Origin: a virus
Lineage: Duplodnaviria > Caudoviricetes
Length of the DNA stretch: 26,146 nucleotides
Virus record (IMG/VR): IMGVR_UViG_3300024283_000178
Span: 1-26,146 of that record
Reading direction: 5' to 3' (one strand)
Shown piece after piece: positions 1 through 9,745 of the stretch. Below the pieces are notes generated by a model. The model searched no databases and had not been told where the DNA came from. It saw only the letters and a list, made by a program, of their open reading frames with translations. The stretch's first letter is position 1, and each line of letters starts with the position of its first letter. The position numbers and the translations under genes are program-made.

Positions 1-1261
1 GGACGAGCAGTTGAGCGCGTCGTTCCGGCAGCAGCAATCGGCGTTGACGCAGCGCATCCGCGAACTCACGCAGGTGGTCGAGCAGCGGCGCGGCGAATGT
101 TCCTCGTTTGTTTCGCGCAAGGAACAGGCCGAATCCGAGATGCAGGAATCGCGTTCGCAGATCGGGCGTTTGCAGCATGACCGCGAACAGGTCAATGCGC
201 AGGCGGCGGAATTGATCAGCCAGAAAAACGCGCAGGACTCCGAGATCGGCACGCGCGAGGAAAATTTACGGTCGCACCGCAGCCGTCTGATGGAAGTGCA
301 AAACCAGCGCGGCACCCTGGAGGTCGAGCTGGCGCAGAGAAACATGTCGGTGCAGAACCTGCGCGAGAAGATGCAGCAGAAGTATCATCTCAATCTCGAA
401 GACATCCGCAGCGAGTGCATCACCATCACCTACGCCGACGAAGGTCCGGCTCAGGTCGAGACGCTCACGCCCGAACAGATGGCGGCGGCCGGCGCGGCGA
501 CGGATTGGAAGGCCGTGGGCCAGCAGATCGAGGCGTTGCAGAAACGGCTCGACGAAATCGGCCCGGTGAATCTCGTGGCCATCGAGGAATACGAGGAAAC
601 CGAGCAGCGCCATACTTTCCTGACGCAGCAGCACGACGACCTGGTCAACGCCAAGACGCAACTGCTCGAGGTCATCAACCGCATCAACACCCAGACGCGC
701 GAGATGTTCCTGACGACCTTTGAACGCATCCGCGACAATTTCCGCGCGATGTTCACCGACGTCTTCGGCGGCGGCAAGGCGGACTTGATTCTCGCCGACG
801 AAAACGACGTGCTGGAAAGCGGCATTGACATCGTCGCGCGTCCGCCCGGCAAACAATTGCAGGGCATCTCGCTGCTGTCCGGCGGCGAACAGACGATGGT
901 GGCCGTGTCGCTGTTGTTCTCGATCTATCAGGTCAAGCCGAGCCCGTTCTGCGTGCTGGACGAATTGGACGCGCCGCTCGACGAATCGAACATCAACCGT
1001 TTTGTGCGCGTGCTGCAACGCTTCATCACGCAATCGCAGTTCATCATCATCACGCACAACAAGCGCACCATCGGCATGGCCGACGTGCTTTACGGCGTGA
1101 CGATGGAGGAACACGGCGTGAGCAAGATCGTCAGCGTGAAGTTCCACAAGGCGAACGAAACGCAGACCACGACCGCCACCTCCGGCACGCCGCTGGTGAA
1201 GATGGATCAGCCCGATGCCTCCGAACCGGCGGCAAATATCGAAACCACGCCGGCAACGTGA
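1..1261 (+). CDS. smc: Chromosome segregation protein SMC, C-terminal part (5'-truncated by window edge)
   Basis: Coiled coil followed by IGPVNLVAIEEYEE, ABC signature LSGGE, Walker B CVLDELDAPLD, H-loop IITHNK; frame is open to the window start. Confidence 0.97.
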   Translation, partial: DEQLSASFRQQQSALTQRIRELTQVVEQRRGECSSFVSRKEQAESEMQESRSQIGRLQHDREQVNAQAAELISQKNAQDSEIGTREENLRSHRSRLMEVQNQRGTLEVELAQRNMSVQNLREKMQQKYHLNLEDIRSECITITYADEGPAQVETLTPEQMAAAGAATDWKAVGQQIEALQKRLDEIGPVNLVAIEEYEETEQRHTFLTQQHDDLVNAKTQLLEVINRINTQTREMFLTTFERIRDNFRAMFTDVFGGGKADLILADENDVLESGIDIVARPPGKQLQGISLLSGGEQTMVAVSLLFSIYQVKPSPFCVLDELDAPLDESNINRFVRVLQRFITQSQFIIITHNKRTIGMADVLYGVTMEEHGVSKIVSVKFHKANETQTTTATSGTPLVKMDQPDASEPAANIETTPAT

Positions 1262-1268
1262 ACCGGGA

Positions 1269-1341
1269 TGTAGGAGACGACGTGAGGAGACTCTGACTAA
1301 ATCCCGGATTTGAAATGGGTCTCGTCACCTCGTCTCCTACA
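1269..1341. repeat. GTAG-type REP doublet (inverted repeat), possibly also the smc terminator
   Basis: Arms TGTAGGAGACGACGTGAGGAGAC (1269-1291) and GTCTCGTCACCTCGTCTCCTACA (1319-1341), 21/23 complementary; GTAG at the outer ends; internal palindrome AAATCCCGGATTT. Confidence 0.75.
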
Positions 1342-1355
1342 AATTAAAACGTCCG

Positions 1356-1390
1356 CCCTCACCCTGACCCTCTCCCCCGGGGAGAGGGGA
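1356..1390. repeat. CCCTCACCC-CCCTCTCCC/GGGAGAGGG palindromic intergenic repeat (REP-like)
   Basis: CCCTCACCCTGACCCTCTCCCCCGGGGAGAGGG with hairpin at 1368-1388; resembles a widespread bacterial intergenic repeat. Confidence 0.7.
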
Positions 1391-1699
1391 CAGCCAGCGC
1401 GCATTTTAAGTTTTTCGAAAGATTATCCGGCCAATCCAGCCGTGGATTTGTCAAAAGCGCGGGGAATGTGAAAGCTGTAAAAAATCGCCGGGTTTGAAAC
1501 AGTCTAGCATCGGTTTGATACACTTTGGCCGTTCTGCGGGTTCCTTGCAAGCCACCTGAATGACAGCCGAATTGATCCAGTCTTTGACGTTTAGGCCGAA
1601 TTCAGCCTCCACAGATGCCCGCCATGGCGTTTTGTCACCTGTTTAATGTCCCTGTAGCGGGCGTTTAACGACCCATTAAAGCCCCGGCCAAGCATTCAG

Positions 1700-2965
1700 T
1701 CACGGCCAGAGGGTCTTGAAGAATGCCACGCCGTTCGACAAGAACACCCTCGTCATGGTCACGCCGTTGGAATTCACATCCGAAAAGCTCATGTTCGCCA
1801 TGCCGTTTGTGACGCTGTAAAGGCTCCAAGTATTCGAGGGGTAATAAGCACCGTTGAGCATCCCCATTGGGGGAGTGATCGTGATGGTGTTTTGGTTGAA
1901 GGCTTGGGGCCAAAAGAAATATTGCGGCACGGTGGGCAAAATCGGGATCGTGAAGGTGACAATTCCGCTATTCGTGACGGTCGTATAATTGGTGAAGGTT
2001 GGCCACGCATAAAGGAGCGCCAGATTCGTGCTGGCCTTGATGCTCCAACCGACCACTAAATTGGTGACGGCGATGTTCAAAAGCAGGTTGGTTCCCGACT
2101 TGGAAAGACTGTTCGCGATCGTGAAAGTGGCATTGGCCACGTCAATGACCGTCAGGCCACCTTTTGAAAAAATTGAATGGTTGATTCCATTCGTGTCCCG
2201 CGATGTTCCAAACTGGCCGCTCAAGGCGTTGGCCAGCGTCACGTCCACGTAGTTTTTAGTGGCCGGATTCTGCGCCGTGATCGGGTCTGGGAAATTCCAG
2301 AATTGACCATCTGAATAATTGGTCCGGCCGTTGAGTTCAGGATGATCGATTCCATAGAGCGTGATGGCACCGGGCGCGGAATTACTCTCACCCACGACGG
2401 ACACCAGCACAGTGTTTGTGATGTTCAAGATGCCGGTAGTGTTCGTGAACCAGCTAGCGCCTCCGTTGGTGGAGAGGATCAGATTTTCCACCGAAACGCC
2501 GCCCGGTGTTAAGCCGACACCTGGAATGGTGGGAGGGATCAAGTTCCAAGACTGAAGCTGCGGGAAGCTACCCAGATAATTGCTTCCAGTGAAGACGAAA
2601 TTATTCGAGGAAAAAAGCGTGAAATATTTGCTGCTCAAAACGGCATTGGAAAGGTTGTAGGCCGTGATGGTGTTCGTGTTGGCCGCGATCAATGCACTAT
2701 TACTGGCGATTTGCGATTCAACAAAAATGAAGTCCAGGTTGAACTTGGTGAATGCGTCAAACAGCGTGTCGCCGACGATCACGTTGTTGCTACGCACGAC
2801 GGTATAAACGGCGTTCGTGCAGACGTTGGTAATCGTCATGAGACCGGTGCTGGTGTTCACGTTGGTGGTCAGCGTCGTGGTGTCCACGAATTGAAGGTTG
2901 GTTTGCGCGGCGAGGCGGCCGGCCAGCACCACGAGGGATGAGAGGATCAGGATTTTTATTTTCAT
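1700..2965 (-). CDS. Signal-peptide-bearing tail fibre-like protein
   Basis: MKIKILILSSLVVLAGRLAA-Q signal; GDTLFDAFTKFNLDF and PDPITAQNPATKNYVD fibre-like motifs; IKASTNL..W..QYFF motif; last gene of the tail module. Confidence 0.65.
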   Translation of the reverse strand: MKIKILILSSLVVLAGRLAAQTNLQFVDTTTLTTNVNTSTGLMTITNVCTNAVYTVVRSNNVIVGDTLFDAFTKFNLDFIFVESQIASNSALIAANTNTITAYNLSNAVLSSKYFTLFSSNNFVFTGSNYLGSFPQLQSWNLIPPTIPGVGLTPGGVSVENLILSTNGGASWFTNTTGILNITNTVLVSVVGESNSAPGAITLYGIDHPELNGRTNYSDGQFWNFPDPITAQNPATKNYVDVTLANALSGQFGTSRDTNGINHSIFSKGGLTVIDVANATFTIANSLSKSGTNLLLNIAVTNLVVGWSIKASTNLALLYAWPTFTNYTTVTNSGIVTFTIPILPTVPQYFFWPQAFNQNTITITPPMGMLNGAYYPSNTWSLYSVTNGMANMSFSDVNSNGVTMTRVFLSNGVAFFKTLWP

Positions 2966-2977
2966 AATTTTGATTGG

Positions 2978-4879
2978 TTAGAGTCCGCCGTCCACGTTGT
3001 TTGCGCCAGCGCCAGCGCCTTGGCTGGTGCTGCCCGCACCGACGTTGACGGCCGGCAGTGCAGTGAGATTTGGATATGTGATGTAACCAATGGCCGGAAC
3101 GTCAGTCACGTAAATGGATTCGGGGTGCGGATAATCAGTGCTCGGAAGCTCCTTGGTCATCTGCCAGAGGTAATTGCCGCCGCGCCCGTGTGGGAAGGTG
3201 AGTTTCGGAAATAGCGAACTGATGTCCACCAACGCGCCGCCGCCGATCTGCGCGCCGGGCTTATAGTAGAATTTCTGCGCAAAGTTGGTGGTGGGCGGTG
3301 CATGATGCGGGCTGTTGCCGGGGAGATAACCACGGCTCTTTGACCAAACCAGGCCGCTCGCACCAGTGACGCCGATGATCAACGGGGCTTCGTTGTATTT
3401 GACCGCGCGACCAGCCAGATAAAAAGGCATTGGCGTGCCACAGGTGACATTGGCGCTAATGACGAAAGAAGGGACTGGTAGTCCGTTCGAGGTCGCGAAC
3501 AAAATGATTTGACGGTTCGGCGATGTAGCATCGCCCAGCGCGAGTGCGATCCGGGTATAAGTCAACGCGAAGGGCATTAAGGTCACTGCGAACCCGGTGG
3601 GCGCACCAGTGGGCGTGGAGCCGGTCGAAACGAACGGGGCCGGCTCGGTGGTCACAGGCGATCCGACCGGCGCAACCACGGCGATGCTGATCGCAGCGGT
3701 GTTGCTGTTGCCGGGACCAGCCAGCGACTGAACGAAGTAAGAATAAGTTTGCCCAACCACCACTGTCGTGTCGGTGAAAGTATGAATCAGGCTGGCTCCT
3801 GGAAAGAGCAATGCAATTCGCGTATAGCTGCCAATCACGCCGGCGACCACGTCGGCGCGATACACATCAATGCGGATCGTATTGACCACCGGATTCCAAT
3901 CCAGACGCACCGTCATTGATCCGTCAAAGGTCCAATATCGTTCGCCGGAATTCGTCAGCGTGGTGGCATCCAACATCGCTCGCGCCTTCGTTTCCAGACC
4001 GGCAATTGAGACCGGATCGGAATAAATGGTCTCAGTCCGATACGAATAGATTTCCGTGCCGTAAAGGAATAGCTGATAAGGAGCCAGATGCGGGGAGCCA
4101 GGAATATAGCTCATGATATTGTCACCTGCTGAAGCACCAAAGGCACACAGCCCATTTACGAGGGATTGATGAATTTCAATGCTCGAAATATCCGTGGTCT
4201 TGTCATACGTGTAAACCGTGTTGGGCAGGCCGTATTCAGGGATGTAAGGCTGTGTGTTGCTTGTGTGCAAATCATCGACTCCGGCTTGCGCATCAAACGG
4301 AATTATCACACCGGCCGAACTGCCAATGCTGGATGGAGGGGTTCCCGTCTGCACCTCTGGGACAGACAGCGTTGCGCCGGTGACATTGAAGAACGAATTA
4401 TATTTGGAAGTCACTGTGCCGGCGCTGCCCGCTGTCACGTTGGCCGGTGCTGCGGGAAATGTGCTATAAACCGGATCGCTTAAATCATTCATGCAGTAGG
4501 CAGTGTCGCCCGTGTAGCCTGGTGGCGGGCTGTCAAAGCTTACAGACCCACCATCCGCGCAGCTGCCACTTCCATTGAGCGTCCAACCAAAACCGAGCAA
4601 GATACCAAGCCGCGCCGTCTGCTGCTGCGGAATGGTGTTGCTGTGCCCGCCATAGGTGAAGGTGTGAGACCAGGAGGTCGTCACGGTTTTTTTGGTGAAC
4701 AACCACGGAATCTTTGGGTCGGTCGTTATTCCGCCACCTTTGACCAGCACATTGCCATAGCCGGTATAGGGCAGGCACGAATGAACCGTCTTGACGCCGG
4801 CGGCAAAAACGCCACGCGCCTTCGCATGAGAACGGACGAAGGCTCGCGACCAGGATGATGCAAATGCGTTGCGTGACAT
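2978..4879 (-). CDS. Putative tail tip/receptor-binding protein with an FN3-like segment
   Basis: 633 aa, G/T/S/P-rich; VRLDWNPV..IDVYR..FTDTTVVVGQTYSYFVQS resembles FN3; distal tail position. Confidence 0.55.
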   Translation of the reverse strand: MSRNAFASSWSRAFVRSHAKARGVFAAGVKTVHSCLPYTGYGNVLVKGGGITTDPKIPWLFTKKTVTTSWSHTFTYGGHSNTIPQQQTARLGILLGFGWTLNGSGSCADGGSVSFDSPPPGYTGDTAYCMNDLSDPVYSTFPAAPANVTAGSAGTVTSKYNSFFNVTGATLSVPEVQTGTPPSSIGSSAGVIIPFDAQAGVDDLHTSNTQPYIPEYGLPNTVYTYDKTTDISSIEIHQSLVNGLCAFGASAGDNIMSYIPGSPHLAPYQLFLYGTEIYSYRTETIYSDPVSIAGLETKARAMLDATTLTNSGERYWTFDGSMTVRLDWNPVVNTIRIDVYRADVVAGVIGSYTRIALLFPGASLIHTFTDTTVVVGQTYSYFVQSLAGPGNSNTAAISIAVVAPVGSPVTTEPAPFVSTGSTPTGAPTGFAVTLMPFALTYTRIALALGDATSPNRQIILFATSNGLPVPSFVISANVTCGTPMPFYLAGRAVKYNEAPLIIGVTGASGLVWSKSRGYLPGNSPHHAPPTTNFAQKFYYKPGAQIGGGALVDISSLFPKLTFPHGRGGNYLWQMTKELPSTDYPHPESIYVTDVPAIGYITYPNLTALPAVNVGAGSTSQGAGAGANNVDGGL

Positions 4880-4882
4880 AAC

Positions 4883-5788
4883 TCAGACTTCCGCCCAGGC
4901 TGCCGACGAAAGAAATATCCACGGCACACCGACCAGCGTTGAAGGCGCGGTCGTGCTGAAAGCATTCGCCACGATGATCTTTCCCGGAATGACCGGCGGT
5001 GTGACGTAATTGATTTCGATGTTGCCGCTCGGATCAGTGGCGCTCCGCTTATATTCCGTGATGACGCTGGACACGGTAATGGCCGTGTAAGCATAGCTAA
5101 ACAAAATGCCGTCGATCGTCTCACTGGCGATCTTGCCAACGTCACACCGCAGCTCATAGGGCTTGGCCACTTTGATTACCGAGCCGCCGGCTGTGATGCC
5201 GTCCCATGTGTTGCAGTTCCAATAATCGCCACCGTCGCTGACGACTTTGAATTCCTGTGTGCCACCACCACCGCCAACCCTGGCCCATACACTGGTTGAC
5301 TTGCTACCGGACGTCGTGCAGACCCACATGGCCGGCGTGGCCGGCGTTGAGATGTCCAGGTAACCGTCCGGCGGTTGGAGTGCCAGGTTGAATGTCGCGC
5401 CCGTGCCGGTGCCGCCGGTCACCGTGATCGGATTGGTTGGGTATGCGGTATAAACGCCGACGCGACTGACATGCCAGTCGCTGATCTGCCCGGTCGCTGT
5501 GACGGCGTCCACCGTGATTTGCGGTTGCGTGGTAGCGGTGCCTCCGGCACCGGTCAGCACGTCGCCGGCGACGAAATTAATTCCCGCCGCGACCACTGAA
5601 ACCGCGACCACAAATCCACTCTGCGCCGCACAGTATTTTGCGTTACCGATTTGAAGCGTCGAAGCGGACGGCGCACCATTGCCGGTGAAGATACGCTGCA
5701 CGAGCAAGGGATCGTCCGAATAGACGCTGATGATCTGCGGCGCATTATTGACGACCGCGTGCGTGGCTTGAAATTTCGCGATGCTCAT
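4883..5788 (-). CDS. Putative tail fibre/accessory tail protein
   Basis: FTGNGAPS...DGYLD..T..MWVC fibre-type motif split by a Gly/Thr-rich insert (VTGGTGTGATF); follows the hub gene with a 1-nt gap. Confidence 0.55.
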   Translation of the reverse strand: MSIAKFQATHAVVNNAPQIISVYSDDPLLVQRIFTGNGAPSASTLQIGNAKYCAAQSGFVVAVSVVAAGINFVAGDVLTGAGGTATTQPQITVDAVTATGQISDWHVSRVGVYTAYPTNPITVTGGTGTGATFNLALQPPDGYLDISTPATPAMWVCTTSGSKSTSVWARVGGGGGTQEFKVVSDGGDYWNCNTWDGITAGGSVIKVAKPYELRCDVGKIASETIDGILFSYAYTAITVSSVITEYKRSATDPSGNIEINYVTPPVIPGKIIVANAFSTTAPSTLVGVPWIFLSSAAWAEV

Positions 5789-5789
5789 A

Positions 5790-7688
5790 TCAGTTCAGCT
5801 GGCGGTTGTTAGCCACATCGAGCGCACTGTTCTTCACGGTGGTGACTGCGCCACCGCCATCCACATAGGCATTATGCGACGTCACCGGCAGCGGATCGGC
5901 GGCAACGGAATTTTCCTGCGCATTATCGCTTGGCATATCCACCGTTGACCCCGGCGATGGCTGCCCCGTGACGCGCTCATTGGTGTCAATCTTGGTGAGA
6001 TCGCGATTGTTGAAGAGGTTGAACAACTGAACGAGCTGGCCGGCTTCGAGATGTTCCACCGGACCACAGCGCACCGTGAAGTTGTCGAACGTCGCGCCGG
6101 CACCATCGAGTCGCATCTTATATTCCGTGGACTGAACGGTGGCGCTCATCGTCGTCCACTCCGCAGCGCCGCCCGCCAGATTAACGGCGTGTTTACCGGG
6201 CTTGATCCAGCCATTAAACGGTTTTTCCACCACGGTGTGCGTCAGGTTGTATTGCAGCTGATTGAGCGCGGTGTAGATGTTTTGAGCGAGGTTGGCCGGC
6301 GTGGATTCACCTGTGGTGAGGAATTGACTGAACTGAAAATTGCGGGAAGGCAGATTGACCAGCTTGACGCGAACATGATGACGATGTTCCTTCATCTCAT
6401 GCGTGACGGTTTGATTGCTGCCGGGAATCGTCGTGGTTTTTTTATAGCGAAACACCGCCGTTACAGTTGCCTCAATGACCTGCACTCCGGTCATCCAGGT
6501 GAGAATGGAGCTTTTGGGATCAAGCTCGAATCCATAGGTCAGAATCGTATCAATGGCGTTGCCGGCGTCGTCTTTGACTTGGATGTCTTTTTCGCCGGAG
6601 CCATTGATCGTGGAAGAAAGCAGCGTCAGCACGCCGCCGCCGGACGCCGCCAATTGCCCGCCCTGGGTGACATCCTTGAGCGACGGCATTTTTTTGCGCC
6701 ACCAATTGAGATCAGTCGGATCAAACGCGGAGCTGGTGAGTTTTGCCGTGACCAGAATCGCCTTCGGGCCTTGTAGATCAATCGCAAAGTCCAGGGCGCG
6801 CAGCCCGGTCGTCACGGCTGGCGGATAAATGTCCTGCGGGGTCGAGATCAGATAGCCGGATGAAATCACGCGGTAGAAAAGAGCGACCCGCCGGGGACGC
6901 AATTCAGGGCGCGGCTGGATGTCAGTGGCCGTATGCCGCCGGCCCAGGTTGTCGGTGTAAGAATAAGGCAGTGCGATCGCGATGAGGTTCGTGCGCCGGC
7001 GGACATGGATCGTCGGGATGTTCGTCGAGTAATCAATCTCGGTGAAACAGTCGGGGTGGATGCGCAGGCACATCCTCAACGCTTCGGCGCATTTCAAATT
7101 TTGAACCGGATAGACTGCGCAATAACTCGCCGGGTCAATCGTGCCGATCTGAAGGTTTGCGCCCTGGCTGATGGCCCAGTTCAAAATGTCGGTGATCTGC
7201 TGGCCGGTCGAGATGAGGCCGCCCACGGCCGCCGGCGCGTAGACCTGGCCGGGATTGGGCTGAAAGAGAACGATATTGGTGAACGGATAGGCGACCGCGC
7301 CGCGATACCAAGTCTGGTAAAACGGGCAGTGTTCCAGGAAATACCATTCATCGTCGAAAACGTAACTACTGGAGGACCGGTTCGGATCGGCGGTGCCATT
7401 GCGGTCGGTGCGGAAGCCATCGAACTGTTTGGTGCCGCCCGAATAACCGAGGCCGCCCAGCGCCCGGTCGCTGTAGATTTTGACGCGGGATTCAAACGGG
7501 ATGGCCGGAGCCCGGTGCGGCGGCACGCCGGGCAAGCGCAGGCTGAGCCTGGACGATTTATGAGACTGAAACTGCGCCGTCCAACCGTCACTCACCACTT
7601 TGCCGCCTTCCAACTTGGCGAGATCAGGAAAGCTCATTTCCTGCGTCACGCCATTCGCATCAACAAATTGGATCGTCCAGAAGGTCAT
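5790..7688 (-). CDS. Putative baseplate hub/tail tip protein
   Basis: 632 aa directly after the tape measure (ATGA overlap); QITDILNWA..CAEALRMCLR..EIDYS..PTIHVRRR pattern consistent with hub proteins. Confidence 0.6.
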   Translation of the reverse strand: MTFWTIQFVDANGVTQEMSFPDLAKLEGGKVVSDGWTAQFQSHKSSRLSLRLPGVPPHRAPAIPFESRVKIYSDRALGGLGYSGGTKQFDGFRTDRNGTADPNRSSSSYVFDDEWYFLEHCPFYQTWYRGAVAYPFTNIVLFQPNPGQVYAPAAVGGLISTGQQITDILNWAISQGANLQIGTIDPASYCAVYPVQNLKCAEALRMCLRIHPDCFTEIDYSTNIPTIHVRRRTNLIAIALPYSYTDNLGRRHTATDIQPRPELRPRRVALFYRVISSGYLISTPQDIYPPAVTTGLRALDFAIDLQGPKAILVTAKLTSSAFDPTDLNWWRKKMPSLKDVTQGGQLAASGGGVLTLLSSTINGSGEKDIQVKDDAGNAIDTILTYGFELDPKSSILTWMTGVQVIEATVTAVFRYKKTTTIPGSNQTVTHEMKEHRHHVRVKLVNLPSRNFQFSQFLTTGESTPANLAQNIYTALNQLQYNLTHTVVEKPFNGWIKPGKHAVNLAGGAAEWTTMSATVQSTEYKMRLDGAGATFDNFTVRCGPVEHLEAGQLVQLFNLFNNRDLTKIDTNERVTGQPSPGSTVDMPSDNAQENSVAADPLPVTSHNAYVDGGGAVTTVKNSALDVANNRQLN

Positions 7689-9211
7689 CTGTGATTTTCA
7701 AGCGACGCCAGGACTTGAGCCTTCAGCCTGGTGAAGGCTTCATCAATCGTTGCCTGCTTGGTAATCATTAATTGGAGTAAGTCGTTCGTCTCCTTGGCGG
7801 TCGCGTGATGGCCGAGAATTGCATCCGCGAGCTTTTGTTTTGTCGCGGCTTGCTCCTTGGAAAGTTTGCCGCCGGCATGTTCAACCTGGGAATAATCCTG
7901 AAGCAAACGCACATCGCGGCGGGCGGTGTCATTCGCCTGCCGGTTGGTTGCAACTGGATCGACGGTGGGCGTTCGATTATTCAGATCGTTGAGTGGCGAA
8001 TAAACATTTGCGTTCGGATTGGAACGCAGTGCGGCCACGGCCTGCGCTTGCTGGATGTCTGCCGGCAGTTCCCTGATACGACGCTGGTTTTCCAGGTTGG
8101 CCGCCCGCGCCGCTTCAAATGCGTGGTCGGCATCGGCCTTGGCTCTCGCTTCCGCAGTCAGACCGGCTTCGAGTTGTGACTGGCGCGTCGTCACGTTGTC
8201 TAATTCTTTCAGAGCACGTTGAAGCTCCTCTTCGGCGGCCTTGTTTTCATAATCTTCACCACGCCGATAATTTGGCACTCCAAATGGATCGATTTTAAAG
8301 GAGTATCCCTTCGTCCTTTCGACGTTGGCCTCAGCCTTGGTTACGTCATCAGATTTTTGCTGGCGCAAATTGTCCAACTCCTTTTGAGCAGCTTGAAGTT
8401 TCTGGCGGGCCGCGATGGCCGGCCCTTCGGCGGCGGCTTCGCGTGCGGCCAGCGGTTCTCGGTCCTGTTTTCGTTTATCCAGCTCGGCTTGCAACAATGC
8501 CAGGTCGCCGGCGGGTTTGGCAGTCTCCAACGCGCGCAATTTATCTGCGGTCGCCTCTTTTGATTGGCGAATCTTTTCTTCCATTTCCGCGTGAGTCAGA
8601 TCGTTTTTTGCCGCATTGCGACGAATGTAAGCCTCCTCTTCCCGGCCGGCCATCTCAATAGCATTCTTGGAACCTTCGATCCGGGCGGCTTCCAATTCCT
8701 TCTCACGGGCGATGGCAGTTTTGATCGGATCATTATCTTCGCCGACATGCATCATGTCCGACTGATATTTTCCCAGCGAGATTTTCGCGTCATCCCAAAG
8801 CTGCTTTAGACTCGCGACATTGGCCTGGTGTTCGGCCAATTGTTCTTCGTTCAGCTTTTCGGTCGCCTCGCTGATTTCATCGATGTGCTTTTTTATTTCG
8901 TTGGCGATCGTGGCCAGGGCAATGAGAGCACCGATTGGTCCCATCGCCAGCGCGGCCAGCGCGTGGCCGGCTCCAGGCGCGGAAGCCTCACCGATTTGCT
9001 TCAACAGCAGGTGCAGCGCTTTATGGCTGACATGGGAATGTTCTGCGGCTTCCCCGCCCTTCTCCATTTCCTCGCCAAGTTTTTTTGTGGCCGTGCCGGT
9101 ATTGCCCAGTTCGATCTTCAGCGCCGTCGCCTGTTCGCGCGTGAGTGTGAAGCCGGTGACGTCAGCGAACGTCTTGATGAAGACTTCCAGAGATTTTGAG
9201 GCATCGGCCAT
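7685..9211 (-). CDS. Tape measure protein (short)
   Basis: 508 aa, Ala/Glu/Lys-rich helical, N-terminal LEVFIKT, hydrophobic LAALAMGPIGALIALA segment; precedes the hub gene. Confidence 0.7.
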   Translation of the reverse strand: MADASKSLEVFIKTFADVTGFTLTREQATALKIELGNTGTATKKLGEEMEKGGEAAEHSHVSHKALHLLLKQIGEASAPGAGHALAALAMGPIGALIALATIANEIKKHIDEISEATEKLNEEQLAEHQANVASLKQLWDDAKISLGKYQSDMMHVGEDNDPIKTAIAREKELEAARIEGSKNAIEMAGREEEAYIRRNAAKNDLTHAEMEEKIRQSKEATADKLRALETAKPAGDLALLQAELDKRKQDREPLAAREAAAEGPAIAARQKLQAAQKELDNLRQQKSDDVTKAEANVERTKGYSFKIDPFGVPNYRRGEDYENKAAEEELQRALKELDNVTTRQSQLEAGLTAEARAKADADHAFEAARAANLENQRRIRELPADIQQAQAVAALRSNPNANVYSPLNDLNNRTPTVDPVATNRQANDTARRDVRLLQDYSQVEHAGGKLSKEQAATKQKLADAILGHHATAKETNDLLQLMITKQATIDEAFTRLKAQVLASLENHR

Positions 9212-9226
9212 GTGGCAGTTAGTGAA

Positions 9227-9745
9227 TTAACGAGTTTGGGCGTTCGTGAGTTCAAGACTGGGAGGCATACCGTTAGACTGCACGGTGACGATATTGGTGC
9301 GGCGGATGTTTGCGCCGCCGGGTTGAAAGAATTGACAATCTTGGACGGGATAAATCAGAAGGTGATTGGTCTGGGCCGGATTCCATCCGCCGTTGAGATT
9401 GGTGCTGCTGAACAAATAATAATCCACCAGCAGCGCCGGCGTGTTGGTGACGACGGCAATATTACTGAATGGACTCATGATCAGTTCGCCGTTGATGGCC
9501 TGGTAATCCGACACCGCAAAATAATTCGGGCCGTCCACCAGCGTTCCCTGGTAAACCAGGTTGGTGGCCAAGCCCACGCCGTATTGTTCATAGATCGTTC
9601 CCGGCGCCCAATGACTGAGGACGTAGCCTTGCGGCGTGCCGTTGGTGGGCGCGACCCAAGCGAACTCCAATGCAAAAGCTGAAATGCTGGAAACCTGAAA
9701 CGCTAAAATCAGCAGCAACAGGCGAATGGCTGGCGGTTGGTTCAT
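9227..9745 (-). CDS. Secreted FN3-like protein with STNL-W C-terminal motif
   Basis: Signal MNQPPAIRLLLLILAFQVSSISAFA; FAWVAP..GYVL..NYFAVS..SPFSN FN3-like pattern; SSTNLNGGW..QFF. Confidence 0.65.
   Translation of the reverse strand: MNQPPAIRLLLLILAFQVSSISAFALEFAWVAPTNGTPQGYVLSHWAPGTIYEQYGVGLATNLVYQGTLVDGPNYFAVSDYQAINGELIMSPFSNIAVVTNTPALLVDYYLFSSTNLNGGWNPAQTNHLLIYPVQDCQFFQPGGANIRRTNIVTVQSNGMPPSLELTNAQTR

Noticed and set aside
266-1147. 293-aa minus-strand ORF
   Set aside because: Antisense shadow of smc in GC-rich DNA
1359-1913. Small minus-strand ORFs (1359-1550, 1665-1913) at the prophage end, e.g. mom/com
   Set aside because: No recognisable motifs; they overlap the repeat element or the fibre-like gene
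1700-7688. Diversity-generating retroelement or Gin-type invertible fibre cassette
   Set aside because: No reverse transcriptase, invertase, template/variable repeat pair or oppositely oriented fibre segment was seen
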